In this document: piece by piece, positions 56,783 through 64,000 of the stretch
How the letters are laid out: each line of letters begins with the position of its first letter
How positions within the stretch are numbered: position 1 is the stretch's first letter
From: Macrostomum lignano
Lineage: Eukaryota
Direction of reading: 5' to 3'
NCBI GenBank assembly: GCA_002269645.1
Contig: NIVC01002925.1
Span: forward strand, 1 to 64,000
DNA length: 64,000 nucleotides
Made by a program: the position numbers and the translations under genes
The notes under the pieces: model-generated
The model's input: the letters and a program-made list of their open reading frames with translations, nothing else
Databases searched by the model: none
Told to the model about the DNA's origin: nothing

Positions 56783-57153
56783 GACGACTTTGCCAAGGCA
56801 CCGGCAATGATATGCTGTGTATTCTGCAGGCTGTGTATCTGTCAGCTGTAATTTATTTCACACTTTGCCCTCCCCACTGTTACAGCTCTAATCAAGATGC
56901 AAAATGAGCGGACAGGTTGGCATTGTGCAATGTTGCGCGTTCACCTTTATGTTTATTCAGAGTGTCGGAGCTTTCAATTTTAACTAATGATGCTGTTTGA
57001 CAATTTTTAATTTCTGACTTAATTCGGTATTAATGATGTTTTCTACTAATATTCATATCTAAAATGCTGAAATTATATTCAGTAAGTTTATCCGCGTTGC
57101 CAGCATTTAAACATTTGCTGATTCAATTCACAATAAATAAAATTCGCACCTGG

Positions 57154-57625
57154 GTGACTGACTGACTGACTGTGACTGTGACTGACTGTGACTGTGACTG
57201 TGACTGTGACTGTGACTGTGACTGTGACTGTGACTGTGACTGTGACTGTGACTGTGACTGTGACTGATTGACTGTGACTGTGACTGACTGTGACTGTGAC
57301 TGTGACTGACTGTGACTGTGACTATGACTGTGACTGTGATTATGACTGTGACTGTGACTATGACTGTGACTGTGACTGTGACTGACTGTGACTGTGACTG
57401 TGACTGTGACTGTGACTGACTGTGACTGTGACTGTGACTGACTGTGACTATGACTGACTGACTGACTGACTGACTGACTGACTGACTGACTGACTGACTG
57501 ACTGACTGACTGACTGACTGACTGACTGACTGACTGACTGACTGACTGACTGACTGACTGACTGACTGACTGACTGACTGACTGACTGACTGACTGACTG
57601 ACTGACTGACTGACTGACTGACTGA
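57154..57625. repeat. (TGACTG)n / (TGAC)n compound microsatellite
   Basis: Read directly. Confidence 0.97.
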
Positions 57626-57840
57626 TTGAAGCGACGGTGCTCGGCAATGGACATCGAGAGGTCAGCGTTTATTTTGAAATTCAAAGATTTATTTGTGCTG
57701 AATACGAGTATTAACCATTGAAACTGAACAATTGCTTGAGTTCATTAAAACAAATTTCAGCTCGCACTCAAGAACAGGTGCCCTGTACACAGATGCAGTG
57801 CATGCAAGGTGAAGAATCTGATGATCATTGAAGCAGCTCG

Positions 57841-60046
57841 CTAGTTGGCATCGGCCACAATTTCCAAATAGACGGTGCAGTCGCTTGCGGTGTCCGAATT
57901 CCTGTCCGAGTTGTCGGCGGGCTCGGCGTTGGGATTCACCGACAGGTAGCTGCACTCGGGCTCGCAGCTGCGGGCGGTGACGCGCGGTCGCAGCGTCGGC
58001 TCCGTCTGAAATCGGTGGAGCCGGCTCGGATTTCATCATCAATTCATCATTGCTCATCAGTTGTTGAGCATTCGAAGTTTCAATATTCGCAGGAGCAGGC
58101 ACTCACACACACGCTCACGCGGGGTGTACAGCGGCCCTGACTGTAATCATCAGGCATGTACAGTCTGTGCATGCATGAAAACCCAATGGCCTATTTTTGA
58201 GCACAATGCCCAAATGAATGCGGGGAATCGTGTACCACTGAGCTTCCCTGCTCCTGCATGAGCCATCACAGCAGTATTCTGTACAGGGGTCAGATGCCTC
58301 TCACCTTGCGCACTGCCTTAGCAACGCCAGCCGGATTATCTGGCACATTGCTCAGCTTTGCTTCGGGACTTGAGGACTGCAACTGTCTGCTCTTCAGTTT
58401 CAGCTTCAGCTGGAATTCGAAATTCGGTTATTCTCTTACCTGTCAAAAAAAAATCAAATTGACCAGTTACTGACCAGAGCGACGCCGCAGATTAGGGCGG
58501 TTAAAACAAATACGAGGGCCGACACAGTTGCTGAGAAGGTTGCGTTGCTGGCTGAGTTCGGCGATGAGGCTGCAGGTGCGAGAGAGAGTGAATGAGAGGT
58601 CACTGAGACTGTTGTGAATGAATGAGAGGTCACTGAGACTGTTGTGAGTGAATGAGATATCACTAAGACTGTTGTGAATGAATGGGAGGTCACCGAGACT
58701 GTTGTGAATGAATGAGAGGTCACTGAGACTGTTGTGAATGGCTGAGAAATCACTAAGACTGTTGTGAATGAATGAGATATCACTGAGACTGTTGTGAGTG
58801 AATGAGAGGTCACTGAGACTGTTGTGTGAGTGAATGAGAGGTCACTAAGACTGTTGTGAATGAATGGGAGGTCACTGAGACTGTTGTGAATGAATGGGAG
58901 GTCACTGAGACTGTTGTGAATGAATGGGAGGTCATTGAGACTGTTGTGAGTGAATGAGAGGTCACTGAGACTGTTGTGAGTGAATGAGAAATCACTGAGA
59001 CTGTTGTGAATGAATGAGAGGTCACTGAGACTGTTGTGAATGACTGAGAAATCACTAAGACTGTTGTGAATGACTGGGAAATCACTGAGACTGTTGTGAA
59101 TGACTGAGAGATTTTATATTAAAACCAAGAGAGAATAATTTCAGTCATTAGTTTACCTGGCGGGTTTTTAGGTCGCCTAACCTGCAGTCTGAGATCCGCA
59201 AAGCTCATGACATCATCGTCATCTGTGTCCGGTTCCTTGCTTGACACGTCCTTCCTTAGCAGCAGGTGATGCGCTGGCTTGGATGTCTGAAAGCAGTTCA
59301 GCTACTGTAGTTGCAGTTTGGCAGCAATTTAGCCTGCATTATTGACAGAACCCACCCCATTCTCGCAGGACACAGTGAGAAGTTCACCACGAGTGATGCT
59401 TTCCAGAGAGCTGTTAATCACACCGCAAAGTGTCCATTTTGGCAGTGAATCATTGAACTGCCCGCTCATGCTTCTTGAAGTGCAGTGCTCATCGCCGGAG
59501 AACACCCGCCTGCTCCAGCTCGATGTCCAAATTTCAATGTCGATCACTCGGTTGTAGGTGTATTGAACTCCGTCTGAAGTGAAATTTTCCCAATTTAGGA
59601 GTATCAGCAAATTGCCGAGTATGAAAGACAGTGACTGACTCACCCTCTCTGCCCTTCACAGTCACAGAGCTGATCAGCACTGGCTCATTCAGCTGCACTG
59701 CGAACCAGTGAAACCCGCCGTCAGCTTGGCTCTTGCCTTTGCTGTGAAAGAACCGGTAGCTTTTCTGCTTGTCACTGACAACTGAGGCCTCCTCTGTCTG
59801 GCTTCTGTTGAAGAAGCAGGTCTGGCCGTCGCCAAAAGACGACTGCCAGGTGCTCAGCACGCGGCTCCTTCGAATAGGGAACTCGCCTGCAATGATACCA
59901 CGGTATCTACGCTCGTACTCGTATCAGGAGATTTCGATGACTCATTGTCAGACCAAGAAAGTCAGTTACTCACTCGTGTCAGAATTGTCAGCGGCCGATC
60001 CTTGCAAGATAAAAATGAAGATCAGTCCTGCTAATTGGAGCTTCAT
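57841..60046 (-). CDS. Receptor R1: SP - FTP - Ser/Thr/His-rich repeat stalk - TM - class I tail (no Ig)
   Basis: Exons: SP 60046-59974 (MKLQLAGLIFIFILQGSAADNSDT); lectin 59886-59644, 59573-59356, 59286-59157; stalk+TM 59103-58475 (629 nt, open frame, ends SALVFVLTALICGVAL); tail 58409-58305 (LKLKLKSRQ...) and 58005-57841 (EPECSYLSV...DCTVYLEIVADAN*). Confidence 0.85.
58580..59105. repeat. 30-bp coding minisatellite forming the R1 stalk
   Basis: Unit GACTGTTGTGAATGAATGAGAGGTCACTGA type, about 17 units. Confidence 0.93.
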
Positions 60047-60401
60047 TGCTGGCTTGCATTCATTCTTAGCTGGAGATAATTGCGAGCTTTAATTATATTA
60101 ATAATTTCTACTGCATTTCGCTGCAGGCTCCTGTAATTTGGCAGTCAAATTTCAAACATCCGGTTTGGCAAGTGCGGACGAATCTGGCGAACTTGAGAGC
60201 TGCGCGTCTGCAGTTAGCTATGAAAAGCTCGATCTGTTTATTGCAGCCGCGGCTGTGCAAAGTTTTGGCGAGTCCTGTGCGCTCATTAAACTGCGTGCCC
60301 GGGTGCAGAACTGCCTGTCAATTTATCCTGATCACTAAACTGCATACTGGTGCTCTGGTAAGCCATAAGCCGTAAACATTATGAAAATACATGTACCACG
60401 G

Positions 60402-60552
60402 ATGTGTCTGCTTGCAGGATGTCTGCTTGCAGGATGTCTGTTTGCAGGATGTCTGTTTGCAGGATGTCTGCTTGCAGGATGTCTGTTTGCAGGATGTCTG
60501 CTTGCAGGATGTCTGTTTGCAGGATGTCTGTTTGCAGGATGTCTGCTTGCAT
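60402..60552. repeat. 15-bp minisatellite (CAGGATGTCTG(C/T)TTG)
   Basis: Read directly. Confidence 0.93.
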
Positions 60553-60874
60553 GATCTGTTTGCCTATTTATCAGACTGATATTTTGTCACCAGACTCTTT
60601 GTAAAACAAAGAAAATCAATGAAATCTTTTTTTACAAAGGGTTGTTGTCGCTTCAATACATAATCTGCCTTTGGTGAGTCATGGTTTTTCGATGGCACGC
60701 ATCAAAGTTAATCCAACCGTTTGATAAATTAAGCATGTAGTATTTCAGCCTCAACAGCAAGTGCAACTGGCATCAAAGGTGCATCGAATATTGTACTCGT
60801 AAAATTAGGCAAATATTGTGTAGATGCATAAATGTACGAACCAAAAGGCCACTAGAAGTATTATAAGGAGATAT

Positions 60875-61965
60875 GAAGTGTCAGATATGAAGTGTCGGAG
60901 ATGTGAAGTGTCGGAGATATGAAATGTCGGAGATATTAAAAGTGTCGGAGACATAAAGTGTCGGATATGAAATGTCGGAGATATAGTGTCGGAGATATTA
61001 AAAGTGTCGGAGATATGAAGTGTCGGAGATGTAAAGTGTCGGAGATATGTGAATCGTCGGAGATATGAAGTGTCGGAGATGTGAAGTGTCGGAGATACTG
61101 GTATGTGAATCGTCGGAGATATGAAATGTCGGAGATGTGAAGTGTCGGAGATACTGGTATGTGAATCGTCGGAGATATGAAATGTCGGAGATATAGTGTC
61201 GGAGATATTAAAAGTGTCGGAGATATAAAGTGTCGGAGATGTGAAATACCAATGAACGATGACTACGAAAGCTTTCCGACTGATCTGACTGCAGAACTTG
61301 AGCAGGGACGGTTTCCTACTCAGCTTGTAGCGAATCAAAAGTGATGGAGATCAGAGGCTGGAGAGGAGAAACTGTCAGACGGTCATCTGCAGCTCTCTAC
61401 GAACGCTCCCTGAACTCCAGAACTCTGACACCTGGAATCCGGTTCCAATCAGTGCACACAGCCAAAAGTCATCGTTCATTAGTGTTTCACATCTCCGACA
61501 CTTAATATCTCCGACATTTCATATCTCAGACACTTCATATCTCCGACACTTCATATCTCCGACGATTCACATATCTCCGACACTTCACATCTCCGACACT
61601 TCACATCTCCGACACTTAACATCTCCGACACTTAATATCTCCGACACTTCATATCTCCGACACTTAATAACTCCGATATTTCATATCTCCGACACTTAAT
61701 AACTCCGATATTTCATATCTCCGACACTTCATATCTCCGACACTTCACATCTCCGACACTTCATATCTCCGACACTTCATATCTCCGACACTTCACATCT
61801 CCAACATTTCATATCTCCGACACTTCATATCTCCGACACTTCACATCTCCGACATTTCATATCTCCGACATTTCATATCTCCGACACTTCACATCTCCGA
61901 CACTTCATATCTCCGACACTTCACATCTCCGACATTTCATATCCGACACTTCACATCTCCGACCT
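60875..61965. mobile_element. Foldback-like structure: two inverted arrays of a roughly 16-bp unit flanking a 240-bp core
   Basis: GATATGAAGTGTCGGA-type array at about 60880-61245; its reverse complement ATCTCCGACACTTCAT at about 61488-61962. Confidence 0.6.
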
Positions 61966-62472
61966 TGCAGAGTCGCAGTGAGAAAGCAGAGCAAAGAATT
62001 AAGCCCGAGCAGCCGTCTGCTTCTCCTGTTGCAGGAACGGAAGAGTATAATGAGATCTCGGACTTGCCAACAGCTGCTGGAGTACACGTGACCTGATGCA
62101 GCCCGACTGTCTAAAGGCTTGAGCTGTTCAACTTATTTTCTGACAGTTAAATCTCAATGTGATAAGCTGAACTTCTTATAAAATTCTGAATCCCAGTGAA
62201 ATAAAGTCCTCGACATGTATTTTGACCAAAAGCACGAACAACATTGCAGGCTGAAACCATTTTATTATCGATCGCCTGACTCACCCGAACCCCCACCCCG
62301 CGCTAGCAAAGTACATTCAGCGAGTGACAGACATCAAAACAACTCTGCAACCCAGCACCCACCCCCGGCGTGCACGCAGGCCAAGTTACCACAGCCAGTC
62401 AATTAGCAATCGTCCTTCCGTCTTTTGCTCCTTGTAAAAACGAATTATTCATTTTATACACTCAGCAACCAT

Positions 62473-63410
62473 AGAATCGTCATGTAAAAAATCGTAGAAT
62501 CGTCATGTAAACAATCATGGAATCGTCATGTAAAAAATCGTAGAAGCGTCATGTAAACAATCATAGAAGCGTCATGTAAAAAATCGTAGAAGCGTCATGT
62601 AAACAATCATAGAAGCGTCATGTAAAAAATCGTAGAAGCGTCATGTAAAAAATCGTAGAAGCGTCATGTAAAAAATCGTAGAAGCGTCATGTAAACAATC
62701 ATAGAAGCGTCATGTAAACAATCATAGAAGCGTCATGTAAAAAATCGTAGAAGCGTCATGTAAACAATCATAGAAGCGTCATGTAAAAAATCGTAGAAGC
62801 GTCATGTAAACAATCATAGAAGCGTCATGTAAACAATCATAGAAGCGTCATGTAAAAAATCGTAGAAGCGTCATGTAAACAATCATAGAAGCGTCATGTA
62901 AACAATCATAGAAGCGTCATGTAAAAAATCGTAGAAGCGTCAAGTAAAAAATCGTAGAATCGTCATGTAAAAAATCGTAGAAGCGTCATGTAAAAAATCG
63001 TAGAAGCGTCATGTAAAAAATCGTAGAAGCGTCATGTAAAAAATCGTAGAAGCGTCAAGTAAAAAATCATAGAATCGTCATGTAAAAAATCGTAGAAGCG
63101 TCAAGTAAAAAATCATAGAATCGTCATGTAAAAAATCGTAGAAGCGTCATGTAAAAAATCGTAGAAGCGTCATGTAAAAAATCGTAGAAGCGTCATGTAA
63201 AAAATCGTAGAAGCGTCAAGTAAAAAATCATAGAAGCGTCATGTAAACAATCATAGAAGCGTCATGTAAACAATCATAGAAGCGTCATGTAAACAATCAT
63301 AGAAGCGTCATGTAAAAAATCGTAGAAGCGTCATGTAAACAATCATAGAAGCGTCATGTAAAAAATCGTAGAATCGTCATGTAAAATATCGTAGAAGCGT
63401 CATGTAAACA
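62473..63410. repeat. 23-bp minisatellite (TCATGTAAAAAATCGTAGAAGCG type), about 40 units
   Basis: Read directly. Confidence 0.95.
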
Positions 63411-63412
63411 AT

Positions 63413-63880
63413 CACCCGTATAAAACGAAACGGTCACAAAAAGGGGCTGTGACCGTTCCACTTGTTACCGTGGTCTGTAATGCTTGTGACCGTTTATTGT
63501 GACCGTTCATGTTCATGATAATAAGGTAACATGATACCGTTCATAGTTACCATATATGTGACCGTTTGTTCAGGGTCACATGTGACCGTTCAATGTGACC
63601 GTATTTTGTGACCGTTTTGCCTAGGGTAACTATGTTACTGTTTACTTTTGCCATATTTTGTGACCGTTTTGCTTAGGGTAACTATGTTACTGTTTACTTT
63701 TGCCATATTTTGTGACCGTTTTGCTTAGGGTAACTATGTTACTGTTTACTTTTGCCATATTTTGTGACCGTTTTGCTTAGGGTAACTATGTTACTGTTTA
63801 CTGTTACCATATTTTGTGACCGTTTTGCTTAGGGTAACTATGTTACTGTTTACTGTTACCATATTTTGTGACCGTTTTGT
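63413..63880 (+). mobile_element. Possible DNA-transposon end with subterminal GTGACCG motifs and about five 52-bp tandem units
   Basis: Starts CACCCGTATAAAACGAAACGGTCAC; GTGACCG occurs repeatedly and in both orientations, as in subterminal arrays of CACTA-type elements. The other end is not in the window. Confidence 0.35.
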
Positions 63881-64000
63881 GATCTTGTGTGTTTTTTCTG
63901 ACTATCGATCAACAGTATGTGCAAAATAATGTGCAAATAAGTAACAGGGAATACAAATCAGCAGTAATATATTAGATGTGAAGTAACCAGTAATTGCGGC

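Noticed and set aside
58258-58473. R1 ending at SNWSI* or using a 31-nt intron
   Set aside because: The donor CTG|GTCAGT (same as the R4 TM exon) with the acceptor at 58409 gives a basic juxtamembrane segment and stays in frame with the conserved terminal exon.

Overview
Eukaryotic (intron-containing, microsatellite-rich) invertebrate-type DNA; its style is reminiscent of the flatworm Macrostomum, but that is an unverified inference. The window is dominated by a head-to-tail, minus-strand tandem array of eight paralogous type-I membrane receptor genes, reconstructed by hand from GT-AG splice sites and exon phases and named R1-R8 in transcription order (right to left). Shared blueprint: signal-peptide exon; one to three F-type-lectin (FTP/F5-8C)-like domains, each split over three exons; zero to eight atypical short Ig-like exons; a Cys-paired membrane-proximal domain; TM; and a tyrosine-motif tail of one of two classes (ECSYxxV...TVYxEI, or YENSxYxLExATGxY). 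Totals: 12 lectin-like domains, 28 Ig-like exons plus one remnant, 6 membrane-proximal domains and 7 TM-plus-tail units. Architecture differs from gene to gene, and segments are shared near-identically between genes. Several genes carry frameshifts as assembled. Also present: a DIRS-superfamily (Ngaro/PAT-like) retroelement with split direct repeats, gag and RT-RNaseH apparently joined by an A_AAA_AAC -1 frameshift site, and no tyrosine recombinase; an intronless antisense PAN + C-type-lectin gene nested in an R4 intron; LINE, gypsy-like and SINE remnants; and many micro- and minisatellites. Domain names rest on motifs read by eye, with no database searches. Coordinates of repeats and TE remnants are approximate.
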